Part shown: one piece after another, positions 30,285 through 39,883 of the stretch
How the letters are laid out: every line of letters begins with the position of its first letter
Numbering within the stretch: the first letter of the stretch is position 1
Origin: Escherichia phage 241Ecol014PP
Sequence record: OR062943.1
Direction: 5' to 3' (one strand)
DNA length: 64,000 bases
Translations under genes and position numbers: made by a program
Notes under the pieces: generated by a model
Databases searched by the model: none
What the model saw: the letters and a program-made list of their open reading frames with translations, nothing else
What the model was told of the DNA's origin: nothing

Positions 30285-30785
30285 GTGAAAATTAAGATCT
30301 TTGCTATTATTTTGAGCGCATTTTTATCGCTGCCTGTTGTTGCAGCACCAAAACAAAAAGTATATCATACTTGCAAGCCCTCAGATACTAAGGAAAACAT
30401 TCTGGCATGCAATATCTACAGGGAAGCTAGAGGAGATGGCACGATGGGTATGCTGGCATCTGGGTTTGCCACACTGAACAGGAAATCCCACCCTAAATAC
30501 CCAGACACTATAAGAAAGATTGTCTACCAACCTAACCAATTTTCGTGGACAAACCACGGCAAAACTTTTAAGGTGACAGAAAAAGATTCATGGGATCACG
30601 CTAAAAGTCTTGCAAAGATGCTTCTAAAGGTTTATAATAACAACCATGTTGCATACATGGCTATGGATATAACAGGTGGAGCAACACACTACCATACAAC
30701 CAAAGTACGACCGAAATGGGCAAAAAAGATGCAGAGGACAGCTCAATTCGGGAACCATATCTACTACAAGGAGCGCAATAAATGA
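30285..30785 (+). CDS. SleB-like cell-wall hydrolase (putative endolysin) with signal peptide
   Basis: GTG start after GGAG; N-terminal MKIKIFAIILSAFLSLPVVAAP signal-like segment; NIYREARGDG region fits SleB/Hydrolase_2 pattern. Confidence 0.55.
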   Translation: MKIKIFAIILSAFLSLPVVAAPKQKVYHTCKPSDTKENILACNIYREARGDGTMGMLASGFATLNRKSHPKYPDTIRKIVYQPNQFSWTNHGKTFKVTEKDSWDHAKSLAKMLLKVYNNNHVAYMAMDITGGATHYHTTKVRPKWAKKMQRTAQFGNHIYYKERNK

Positions 30786-32764
30786 TTGTAAACAGTAATG
30801 AAACTAAAGCAGTGCTAACCGGAAATATGGAGGTCACCAGGGGCTCAATTTCTCTGAACAAAGAGACTTTTGGGCTAATCATTAAAGGGATTTACGAAGA
30901 TAAGGTGCTGGCAAGCTGCCGTGAACCAATCTTCAATGCTGTAGACTCCCATGTTGAGTCTGGACGGGGTGATGTACCGATCATCATTCACTCCCCTACA
31001 GACCTTGAACCATACTTCTTTGTGCAGGACGTTGGATTGGGCATGTCAGAAGAGATGGTCCGCAACACGTTCATGAACCTTGGAGAGTCAACCAAGCGCA
31101 ACAGCAACGCTCTGGTAGGTAATAAAGGTGTTGGTTCAAAGGCTCCGTTCAGCATGGTGGACACTTTCGATGTTATCAGTGTGCACAATGGTGTTGAAAG
31201 CACATATCTATTGTTCTTGGATCAGGGTATCCCAAACGTTACCAAGATCCGCGAGCGGAAGACTAAAGAGCACAACGGGGTAAAAGTTCAGTTTCATGTT
31301 AAGAAAGAGCATGTCCTGAAATATCGCACTGCTATTGCATCGTGCTTACGCTACGCGAAGTTTCCGTTCACCGTCACCGATCCCATGACCAGTAAGATGC
31401 TGGAAGGTGACAAGGTTGAGGCGCAGTATCAATACGAGAAAGATGGTTGGAAAATGACCATCCTGAAAGGTTATACCAGCTCTGACGAGAGTCGCGTGGT
31501 AATGGGTCACCAACCTTACCGCTCCAAGTTCCTGGAAACATTAACCGATTATCCTGCGATCTGTGTAGAAATCCCTATCGGGGATTGCAATATTAACCCT
31601 GGGCGCGAATGGACCATAGAGGGTCACGACGATGGTGGATTCCAAGAGCGTTTGGAGGCTTTTGTCAAAGAAGGTATCCGTCTTCGTGGGGCAGAAGTTG
31701 TTGCAGAACTGGAGACGGCAAAAACCTCCGCAGAAGCACGTGAAATGATGAAGAATAGTGGAGTGTTCGGACACATCTTCGGCAAAAACTTTATGTGGAA
31801 CCGTTGGGAAGAAACAGGGCTTGGCGACTTAGGCGATTGTGAAATTTTCGCTGGCGGCTTAAATAAAGGCCGCATAGGCTATGCTCGTTACGGAAAGTCG
31901 GAGTTCTTACGGGGGGTCTACTTAGTATTTAACGACGGAGACGGCAAATATAACCGAAATAAGTGTAACTACTTAAGCGAGATCACCGGACGCAACGTTT
32001 TCTATTGCCGTAACACGGATCTGGTGGAAGAGTTTAAAGAAGCGGCACACCACCCGTTCTTTGCAGATACGGTCAAATTGTTATCAGAGCTCCCTCGCCG
32101 ACCTGTAAAGAAAGGTGAAACAAAAACTCACTATGAGCCAGGGTATTGGGTTAAAAAACTTGAGAAAGACGGTTACTTCCGTCGTGAGCGTATTACTAAG
32201 GCAGAGTTCAAGAAGATTAAGCACTGCATTCCTTATGAGGGTGATATCCAACGTGGAAGTTGTTGGCTGGGACAGCTAAGTAACATCTACCAGCAAAATT
32301 ATGACCGTGTGCGTGCGGCACTCCAGATTCCTGAAGGGGAAGATCTGTACCTGGTATCAGAATCTCGTCTGCTTTGGACTGATCCTGATTGCCAGTATGT
32401 TACAGAGAAGAATGTGGAACATTTGTTGAAAGAGGATGCTTGGAAATTCTTACTAACTCGCGCAGCAAATGAAACTTCATATGACAGCCTGTATAGACAA
32501 TTAGGGAAAATTATCCCCATGCAAGATTTTGGAAATTATCAGCCACATTTCCACAAGTGGGAAGGTAACACCACGTGGAAGCACAGTGAGCTAAATCATC
32601 GTGCCAAAATCTTAATCGCCAACCGAGTCAAGTGCGGGAAGGCCTATATTGCAAGATTGGAAAAGAAATACCCACTTTTGAAGCATGTAGGCTTGAAATA
32701 TTGGGACACCCCTGCTATGATTGAATACCGTGAACTGATTGACACAAAGAATAACACCAACTAA
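30782..32764 (+). CDS. rIIA: rIIA-like protein (N-terminal GHKL ATPase fold)
   Basis: 660 aa; ETKAVLTGNMEV N-terminus, NAVD / DVGLGMSEE / GNKGVGSKAPF boxes typical of HATPase_c as in T4 rIIA; rIIB-like gene follows. Confidence 0.55.
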   Translation: MIVNSNETKAVLTGNMEVTRGSISLNKETFGLIIKGIYEDKVLASCREPIFNAVDSHVESGRGDVPIIIHSPTDLEPYFFVQDVGLGMSEEMVRNTFMNLGESTKRNSNALVGNKGVGSKAPFSMVDTFDVISVHNGVESTYLLFLDQGIPNVTKIRERKTKEHNGVKVQFHVKKEHVLKYRTAIASCLRYAKFPFTVTDPMTSKMLEGDKVEAQYQYEKDGWKMTILKGYTSSDESRVVMGHQPYRSKFLETLTDYPAICVEIPIGDCNINPGREWTIEGHDDGGFQERLEAFVKEGIRLRGAEVVAELETAKTSAEAREMMKNSGVFGHIFGKNFMWNRWEETGLGDLGDCEIFAGGLNKGRIGYARYGKSEFLRGVYLVFNDGDGKYNRNKCNYLSEITGRNVFYCRNTDLVEEFKEAAHHPFFADTVKLLSELPRRPVKKGETKTHYEPGYWVKKLEKDGYFRRERITKAEFKKIKHCIPYEGDIQRGSCWLGQLSNIYQQNYDRVRAALQIPEGEDLYLVSESRLLWTDPDCQYVTEKNVEHLLKEDAWKFLLTRAANETSYDSLYRQLGKIIPMQDFGNYQPHFHKWEGNTTWKHSELNHRAKILIANRVKCGKAYIARLEKKYPLLKHVGLKYWDTPAMIEYRELIDTKNNTN

Positions 32765-32774
32765 GGAGACCAAG

Positions 32775-33980
32775 ATGATTTTCATCTACGAACATTTCAA
32801 AACTCGTAAAGAAGCACGCGACCGCCGTGCAGAACTTGAGAGGAAGGGTTTCACATGTGCCATTGAGAAAGGTAACACAACCTGGACACTGGCAGTGGGT
32901 GCCCCAGAGGTGTTCGATCCTGACCGTGACAGCGTCTGCTACACCCGTGAGGATTTTGAAACCCGTGAAGAGGCCCGTTTATTCCGCTATGGACTGGAAG
33001 ACAACGGTAAGTACGCCATGATCTTAGACTTAGGTGAGGGTTCCGTTAAACGTTGGGGTGTGGTATACCCACTGTGTGTTGTTCACGGTGTGGGGTTCAC
33101 TGGGGTGGCAATCAAGTCAGAAGAACCTTTAGTAGAAGTCAAAGATCCGGTGCTGGAGGTGGTGAGCAGTGTGTCTCAGCAACAGACTCGAAGCATCGAG
33201 CCTTTAGTGGTTATTTGCGGGGAACTCCTCCAGATCACCTGCAACGAAGGCATTTTTGAAATTCGCCGCAGTGAAAGTGAGGAAGTTTACCAGAAAGTCT
33301 TCGACCATATCTCTGTTCAGGAATATGACGAGGCAATTGGTGAAATCCTTGTCTGGTTGGAACGCAAGAATGAGTTCACCACACTTGCAGACAACCTGAT
33401 CATGAAGGATGGTAAGCTCTACTACTACGGTGTAGAGATGCGATCCACCATTGCAAAGAAAATTGAGAAAGATTATGCAGACGGAACACTGGATGACCGC
33501 TATGTGAAATTCTTAGTTCGCCTGCTACGCAATCCTTCTGCAAAATCTGTAAACATGCTCTACGATTTTATGCAGGCCAATGATATTCAGATTGCAGAAG
33601 ATGGTCGAATCATTTGCTACAAAGGGGTTCAGTTTAACGGAAGCAAGTGGGTGGACTGGCACAGTGGTAAAGTTCCACAATACCAGGGTGCTTTTGTATC
33701 CATGCCTCGTAACTTTGTAGAGGATGATCCGGAAGCTGCGTGCTCCTATGGCTTACACTGCGCCAGCAAAGAGTATGCAAAGAGCTACGGTACTGTAATG
33801 ACTGTCATGGTTGATCCTGCAGATGTGGTTAGTGTGCCATACCAACACAATAGCGCCAAGTGCCGTGCATGCCGATATGAGATTGTGGTAGCTCCGGAAG
33901 CACGCAAGGACGGAGACCCGATTGAATACGTGGTTGACCGAGACGGCAACACTATCGACATTCTTTACGAGGAGGCGTAA
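32775..33980 (+). CDS. rIIB: rIIB-like protein
   Basis: ATG 32775 after AAGGAGA; C-terminal blocks LYDFMQANDIQIAEDG, SYGLHCASKEY, VDPADVVSVPY..CRYEIV resemble T4 rIIB as recalled; follows rIIA. Confidence 0.45.
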   Translation: MIFIYEHFKTRKEARDRRAELERKGFTCAIEKGNTTWTLAVGAPEVFDPDRDSVCYTREDFETREEARLFRYGLEDNGKYAMILDLGEGSVKRWGVVYPLCVVHGVGFTGVAIKSEEPLVEVKDPVLEVVSSVSQQQTRSIEPLVVICGELLQITCNEGIFEIRRSESEEVYQKVFDHISVQEYDEAIGEILVWLERKNEFTTLADNLIMKDGKLYYYGVEMRSTIAKKIEKDYADGTLDDRYVKFLVRLLRNPSAKSVNMLYDFMQANDIQIAEDGRIICYKGVQFNGSKWVDWHSGKVPQYQGAFVSMPRNFVEDDPEAACSYGLHCASKEYAKSYGTVMTVMVDPADVVSVPYQHNSAKCRACRYEIVVAPEARKDGDPIEYVVDRDGNTIDILYEEA

Positions 33981-35350
33981 TGGAAAAAGGGCAGTATGAT
34001 GTAGGCACAGATGCTGCCCTCGTTGCAATCATGAGCGGTGAGAATGTCTTCGTTTCAGGACCTGCAGGTTGTGGGAAGACGTACCTCATCAACATGATCC
34101 AGTCAATGTATGGGGACTCTTGCATAACGGTTGCCCCGACAGGGGTAGCCGCTTTAAACGTTAATGGAGCAACAGCACACCGAACCTTCGATCTTGCAGC
34201 AGGTGTGAGCATGGAGTCAGACTGGACCGCAATAAGGGCAAAAACAGCAAAGCCTTTGAAAAGCAAGGCATTTACCATCCTAATTATCGATGAAATCTCT
34301 ATGATCCGTGCTGATAAGTTTATAGAGATGGATAGGAAACTTCGCTTCCTTCGAAAAAATGACAAACCTTTCGGAGGCATACAGGTCATATTGTTTGGCG
34401 ATTTTTACCAGGCACCTCCTGTTGTCTCTTCTATGGAGAAGGAGGCCTACTTCAACTTCTACCATACAGACCTGTGTTGCTATACCGAATCTTGGAAAGA
34501 GCTTGACCTCCACAACATAGCCCTAATAGATCAGTTCCGACAGGAGTCTATTCGATTTGCCACAATGCTCAACTGTGTTCGTGAGGGTCGTCGCATAAAA
34601 GAGGTTGTAGCAGAGCTTAATGCTCGCTGTTACAAAGGTGGTGTACCAACAGACGCTCTCACAATTTGCGCCACCAACAAACAAGCAGAGGAAGTGAACA
34701 GAAGGTTCTATGATGCCATCAACGCCCCAGAGAAGGTATACACTGGTGAAATGAAGGGTAAGTTTCCCTCCACCCTGCCAGTTGAGCAGGAGATGAAGTT
34801 GAAAATTGGCATGAAAGTTATGATAACCGCCAACGATGTTGACCCGACGCACAAAGTACCTTATTATGTTAACGGAACACGTGCCACAATTGTTAAATTT
34901 AAGAACAAGGCGGTGGTGGTAGAGCTTGAAGATGGAACACAGGTTGACATAGAGCAGAGGTTATGGGAGAATAACGAGTATAAGCCATCTCAGAGATACA
35001 ACATTGCAGAAAGGAAGATGGAGAAGTTTATAGAGAGGGTAGTGATTGGGTCATACAAGCAACTTCCTCTGAAATCTGGGTACGCCGTAACATCTCATAA
35101 AAGTCAAGGACTTACGCTAGATTGTTACAACCTAGACCTTGGAAAGAACGGAGCTTTCTCTCCTGGGATGACATATGTCGCTTTGAGTAGAGTTAAGACA
35201 ATACAAGGAATAAACTTGTTGCGTCCACTAAGAGAAGTTGACATTATTGTTGACCCGCGAGTCGTAGAGTTTTACAATACAACATTCCCTGACTTAGACA
35301 AAATTGTCAGGAAAGATTTTGAAACCAGAGCCGAAGAGGGGGACGTATGA
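33980..35350 (+). CDS. Dda/RecD/Pif1-like SF1B DNA helicase
   Basis: Walker A GPAGCGKTY, Walker B IIDEISM, C-terminal VTSHKSQGLT motif; 456 aa. Confidence 0.65.
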   Translation: MEKGQYDVGTDAALVAIMSGENVFVSGPAGCGKTYLINMIQSMYGDSCITVAPTGVAALNVNGATAHRTFDLAAGVSMESDWTAIRAKTAKPLKSKAFTILIIDEISMIRADKFIEMDRKLRFLRKNDKPFGGIQVILFGDFYQAPPVVSSMEKEAYFNFYHTDLCCYTESWKELDLHNIALIDQFRQESIRFATMLNCVREGRRIKEVVAELNARCYKGGVPTDALTICATNKQAEEVNRRFYDAINAPEKVYTGEMKGKFPSTLPVEQEMKLKIGMKVMITANDVDPTHKVPYYVNGTRATIVKFKNKAVVVELEDGTQVDIEQRLWENNEYKPSQRYNIAERKMEKFIERVVIGSYKQLPLKSGYAVTSHKSQGLTLDCYNLDLGKNGAFSPGMTYVALSRVKTIQGINLLRPLREVDIIVDPRVVEFYNTTFPDLDKIVRKDFETRAEEGDV

Positions 35351-35688
35351 GTTTGTGGAGAAATATAGTTAACTACGTGTGTGGCAATCCAACTCCTGAA
35401 GAGAAGGATGTTGTGATTCACGATTTTACTAAAAGATCTCGTGAAAAAGATCTACTGCTAACAAAGGTGACTGATAAAGATCCTGCAGTAGGGGACTGGG
35501 CAGGTTTTGCGTTCACATCGGACAAATACACCTTTAACAAAGGTGACTACCTTGTTGTGGATTTTAACGAGGACATCGAGGGTGCTGAACCTTACTATCA
35601 GACCCTTATCGTTGCAGGGTGTGTTAATCTCTCTGCAGGTGTGCACAGTTTGATTCTTTTTGAGCTTGACTCTGAAGACCTCCAGTAG
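35347..35688 (+). CDS. hypothetical protein
   Basis: 113-aa ORF. Confidence 0.4.
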   Translation: MSLWRNIVNYVCGNPTPEEKDVVIHDFTKRSREKDLLLTKVTDKDPAVGDWAGFAFTSDKYTFNKGDYLVVDFNEDIEGAEPYYQTLIVAGCVNLSAGVHSLILFELDSEDLQ

Positions 35689-35748
35689 TAAGATGTGAGT
35701 ATAAAGGGGAGGCACTCCTCCCCACAAAAACTAAGGAAGCACTGAACG

Positions 35749-36051
35749 ATGAAACGTTATAAACCATACACTTTTGAAATCGATTTCGAACTTGACGATA
35801 TGTTCACTGTAGAAGCTCAGGCAGTTGTCCAGTTGCCAGACCCGGAGTGCCGTGATTCTGATGTTGACTATTACGGATTTAGACAAATTACCGATGTGCA
35901 TGTTTACCACAACGGTGAAGAGGTGGACTTCCACAAACTGCCAAACGATATGCGCCACTCAATTTACAAACGTGCAGCCCGTGAACTAGAGTCCTATCTG
36001 GATGCAGCGACGACAGCAGCTGCATTTGCTGAAGAAGTGGGAGGTTTCTGA
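35749..36051 (+). CDS. hypothetical protein
   Basis: 100-aa ORF with AAGGAAG RBS. Confidence 0.4.
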   Translation: MKRYKPYTFEIDFELDDMFTVEAQAVVQLPDPECRDSDVDYYGFRQITDVHVYHNGEEVDFHKLPNDMRHSIYKRAARELESYLDAATTAAAFAEEVGGF

Positions 36052-36446
36052 TGATTACAGGTGTGAAGGTTATCCAATACCACTTAACCAAATTGGAAGA
36101 TGCTGAAAAAGAGCTTGCAGAAGTTCTGAATAGTGGATATACTTTGCTATCATGCGCCTGCTCAGACACCTACGTTGTGTGGACACTTATCCGGAAGGAA
36201 GAGCCTGCAGGGATCTTGGTGCCAAACCATAAGATTATTAGTGAGGTGGATGACTACTCTCAGGACGGACTGCCGGAAGTATGGGAAGTATGGGAAGGTG
36301 GTGAAAATCCTGCACCAGGTAAGTGGGTAAAATACAAACTACGTAGCGGTGCACAGTACGCTGACTACTCTGATGACCTAGACTGGAGTCATTCTTCACC
36401 AGGATCATCTGCAAGTTCATATGATATCATAGCTTTTCAGGAATAA
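36051..36446 (+). CDS. hypothetical protein
   Basis: 131-aa ORF, start overlaps upstream stop. Confidence 0.4.
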   Translation: MITGVKVIQYHLTKLEDAEKELAEVLNSGYTLLSCACSDTYVVWTLIRKEEPAGILVPNHKIISEVDDYSQDGLPEVWEVWEGGENPAPGKWVKYKLRSGAQYADYSDDLDWSHSSPGSSASSYDIIAFQE

Positions 36447-36458
36447 GGAGAAGAAGGT

Positions 36459-36941
36459 ATGTCAGATTTTATGTGGAAAGTAGGTTACGCAACCCCTGAA
36501 ATGTGTGAGGCTTGCTTTGTTAAAATAGGCCGCGAGGATATCGACAAAGTGATCCTTAAGTTTCGTGATGTGGCTGTGATCGGCAACCGAGTGCTTAAGC
36601 ACTTAAAGAATCTGAAGCTCACCAAAAAGAAGTTCTTCGGACTTTTCGAAGAGAAGGTTGATGCTTGGACTCATTGCATTCAGGAAGCCAAATCTCACTA
36701 CAGTGCCATCGTTACTCCAGAACGGGTAGCAAAGATGGAAGGATTCATCAACAGCACAGAATTTGAGTGCCTAAAGGCTGCCCTTGATAGCTATCCAAAG
36801 TGCCTCAAACACCTTGACAAGTATGCAGAAAAGGATGGTGAAATGTATCTCACCCTGGACGCATATTATGAGATGCAAGAAATTTTAAATTTAGATTTGA
36901 CATTGGTATCCACCGAGTATACAATAGGTATCCGGGTTTAA
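36459..36941 (+). CDS. hypothetical protein
   Basis: 160-aa ORF, AAGGAGAAG RBS. Confidence 0.4.
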   Translation: MSDFMWKVGYATPEMCEACFVKIGREDIDKVILKFRDVAVIGNRVLKHLKNLKLTKKKFFGLFEEKVDAWTHCIQEAKSHYSAIVTPERVAKMEGFINSTEFECLKAALDSYPKCLKHLDKYAEKDGEMYLTLDAYYEMQEILNLDLTLVSTEYTIGIRV

Positions 36942-36947
36942 CACTAG

Positions 36948-36974
36948 GCCCTGCCCGAAAGGGTGGGGCTTTTT
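36948..36974 (+). terminator. rho-independent terminator
   Basis: GCCCTGCCC-GAAA-GGGTGGGGC with GAAA tetraloop then TTTTT; same hairpin recurs at 49592. Confidence 0.65.
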
Positions 36975-36992
36975 GCATTAGGAGACAGCAAA

Positions 36993-37757
36993 TTGAAATT
37001 TATCTACAAAGAACACTACCACAAAGGTGTTGTGTGGAGTCTATTTGACGGATCTGGTGGTGCAGTCATTGACTGGGCAAAAGCTGGGTACCTGTGCCTG
37101 TGCTTTAATGCAGAAGGTGCTGATCACGGCAGTTATGCAGAGGTGATAACCGATCATCACAACATTCACTATGTGGATTATTGGATTGACCCATGGTTCC
37201 CTCAGGAAACTTTTTGCATGTACCCAGCTCCAGACTTTATTCTTGCATTTCCTCCGTGCACGCATTTAGCGGTATCGGGTGCTGCACATTTTAAGAAAAA
37301 GCTGGCTAAGGACCCCATGATCCAAATTAATGCTGTAAAGGATGCTCGGGTTGCGGAAGAGCTGGGAGAGATTTACGATTGCCCGTGGCATGTAGAGAAT
37401 CCTGTTGGTGTTATGTCCACACTGTGGCGCAAACCTGATTACCGTTTTCATCCTTCTGACTATGGCGGGTATTTACCGGAGGATGATGTAAACCCCTGGT
37501 TTCCTGAATTTATAGCTCCACGTGATGCCTATCCAAAAATAACTTGCGGCTGGATAGGTAATGGATTTATAATCCCGGCCACAAAACCTGTCCCGCAAAT
37601 AGTTGACGCGGTTAGTGGGTATTCAATGCAACACGCCAAGCTGGGTGGAAAGAGTGCAAGAACGAAGATGATTCGAAGCCTCACACCACGTGGCTGGGCA
37701 AAAGCCGTATTCTTAGCAAACGAGCCTGCAGTAAGGAGCAGAATTAATGGGAAGTAA
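36993..37757 (+). CDS. C5-cytosine methyltransferase-like protein (compact, no obvious target-recognition domain)
   Basis: TTG 36993 after AGGAGA (track ORF starts inside the terminator); motif I LFDGSGGA, motif IV-like FPPCTHLAVSG, motif VI-like HVENPVG. Confidence 0.4.
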   Translation: MKFIYKEHYHKGVVWSLFDGSGGAVIDWAKAGYLCLCFNAEGADHGSYAEVITDHHNIHYVDYWIDPWFPQETFCMYPAPDFILAFPPCTHLAVSGAAHFKKKLAKDPMIQINAVKDARVAEELGEIYDCPWHVENPVGVMSTLWRKPDYRFHPSDYGGYLPEDDVNPWFPEFIAPRDAYPKITCGWIGNGFIIPATKPVPQIVDAVSGYSMQHAKLGGKSARTKMIRSLTPRGWAKAVFLANEPAVRSRINGK

Positions 37758-39825
37758 ATTTATGGCATCTGCATACAACCGTTTCGGTGAGCCAAACCCG
37801 GTTGCAACAAGATACAAAAGTGGGGGTAGTATGAAACGAGACTATCGTGATGAAAAAGAGGTTGAAACTGTAGAGACTGTTTTAGAAAATACTAAAATTG
37901 TCCCTGTCCCACAACAAAATATCGGTCTGATGGCTGCACAATATTTTGGTGTGCGATCAGCATTGTCCCAAGAAGACGGTGTGACAGTCACTGCAACATA
38001 TTTCCCATATTACGACCGCTACGGGAATCTGTCCGGTTTCAAAAAGCGTGACTGGACTAAGCCGAAAGAGCAGAAAGGACACTGGTCTGTAGTAGGCATC
38101 GTAAAGGCCAACTCCCAGATGTTTGGTCAAAAGTTGTGTGCATCTTCCAACAACCGTAAGCAGATTAACGTTTGTGAGGGGGAAGGCGATGTTATTGCAG
38201 CATGGCAGGCTGCATATCAGATACAGGTAAAAGGGATTCTCACCAACGCTAAAGCTCCGGCAAAGGTGAAGCAGTGGGCTAAAGAGGTCCAGGACGGGAT
38301 CGACGCAGTTATCAACGGTGGTGATCTGGCAGGAAAACCCTGCCTGCCTTTTGTTGGAATTAACTGTGGATGTGCAAACGCAGTAGATACTTTTGCAAAC
38401 AATGAGAAGTTTATCCGTAGCTATGGAACAGTTGTGCTGGCAATGGATAACGATGCAGCTAACGAGGTAGAAAAGCAAAAACACGTCATTAAAGGTGTTG
38501 AGGCAACTCACAATATCGCAGCATTTTTGATGGCTGATAACGTTTACCACGTAGAATATCCCGGTGAGGTAAACGATCCTGACGGTGTAAAAGATATCCG
38601 TGACATGCTGAAGGCTAAAAAGCTAGAAGATATTGTCAACATGTTCCGGCATCCTGTTAAATATGTACCTGATGCTGTGTCGGATTTAGAAGACTTCTCT
38701 ATCGAGTCTTTGCGGAAAAAGACTTCCAACGGGGTGGATATCAGCGCAGAGTTCCCAAAACTGCAAAAAATGCTAAAAGGCTTGCACAAAGGGACACTCG
38801 TAATGCTTACAGGTCCATCGGGGGGCGGTAAAACAACTATAGCTAAAAAACTGGAACACTGTATTGCAAGATACCTAATGGACCCAACATGCCCGAAGGC
38901 TGATGACTACGAGGAGGATGATCGTCTATGCATGATCCATCTTGAGGAGGACCCAGAGGAAGCAATTAACTCCTTGTATGCAAACCAGTTGGGGTTCGAT
39001 GTTAAAGAGTTTGTTGAAGATCCTAGCCGGTTTTTAACTGATCAGGAACACGCAGAGATTCACCAATCATGGGCAAAAGCCGGAAAAATCAAAGTGTTCA
39101 AACATTTCGGGTCTATTCCGGTGGACGAGTTGATTACCAAGCTTAAGCAAATGGTTTGCCTGTACCATTGCCGTTATATTGTGCTGGATCACCTGTCCAT
39201 GGTAATTTCAGGGCTTAATGTTAAGGATGAGCGAAAAGAACTGGACATGGCTATGACCCAACTGGCTGCGTTTTGTAAGCAGTTTAATGTGTTTATCTTG
39301 GTGATCGCTCACCTCAAACGTACAGAGATTGTGCCCCCTAAGGACAAGGATGGTAACCCGTTACCTTTCTGGTATCCTGTGCGAAAAGAGAATTTGCGAG
39401 GATCGGCTGGGCTTGAGCAGTTGAGTTGGGTAGTCATAGGTGTCGAGGCCGAAGAAATGGTGGATCGTTCTCGTGGGCGTGTCCGTCTGGTAAGTCTTAA
39501 AAACCGTCCAGCAAAAACTTTAGGTATTGCTGACACTTTAGTTATGGACCCGCACACAGGTAAGTTCCATGATGCCAGTAATTGGTACTGGGACAAAGAA
39601 ATGCAGATGTTTACAGACGGAGAAGGTGGGGAGGTTGTTTGGAGACCTCAGGCTATGTTTGAGGATCAGGAGCATGCAGTTGTAGAAACACCTGTTGGCA
39701 AGGTTGTGGCTGATAAGGTTGTAACTTCTACTGTTAAACCTGTTGACACGCAGGAAGACCTCCAGTACGATGATCCATCCTCTGACCCTGTCCCTGGTTT
39801 TGAGGATGATGAAACGCCTTTTTAA
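37747..39825 (+). CDS. primase-helicase (T7 gp4-like: TOPRIM + DnaB-type helicase)
   Basis: TOPRIM CEGEGDVIAAW and LAMDNDAAN; Walker A GPSGGGKTT; 692 aa; no N-terminal Cys4 zinc ribbon. Confidence 0.7.
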   Translation: MGSKFMASAYNRFGEPNPVATRYKSGGSMKRDYRDEKEVETVETVLENTKIVPVPQQNIGLMAAQYFGVRSALSQEDGVTVTATYFPYYDRYGNLSGFKKRDWTKPKEQKGHWSVVGIVKANSQMFGQKLCASSNNRKQINVCEGEGDVIAAWQAAYQIQVKGILTNAKAPAKVKQWAKEVQDGIDAVINGGDLAGKPCLPFVGINCGCANAVDTFANNEKFIRSYGTVVLAMDNDAANEVEKQKHVIKGVEATHNIAAFLMADNVYHVEYPGEVNDPDGVKDIRDMLKAKKLEDIVNMFRHPVKYVPDAVSDLEDFSIESLRKKTSNGVDISAEFPKLQKMLKGLHKGTLVMLTGPSGGGKTTIAKKLEHCIARYLMDPTCPKADDYEEDDRLCMIHLEEDPEEAINSLYANQLGFDVKEFVEDPSRFLTDQEHAEIHQSWAKAGKIKVFKHFGSIPVDELITKLKQMVCLYHCRYIVLDHLSMVISGLNVKDERKELDMAMTQLAAFCKQFNVFILVIAHLKRTEIVPPKDKDGNPLPFWYPVRKENLRGSAGLEQLSWVVIGVEAEEMVDRSRGRVRLVSLKNRPAKTLGIADTLVMDPHTGKFHDASNWYWDKEMQMFTDGEGGEVVWRPQAMFEDQEHAVVETPVGKVVADKVVTSTVKPVDTQEDLQYDDPSSDPVPGFEDDETPF

Positions 39826-39883
39826 TGTTTAACCAAGAGTGGGAGGGGTAGTACAACCGCCTCCCCTTTAAGGAGAACACTTT

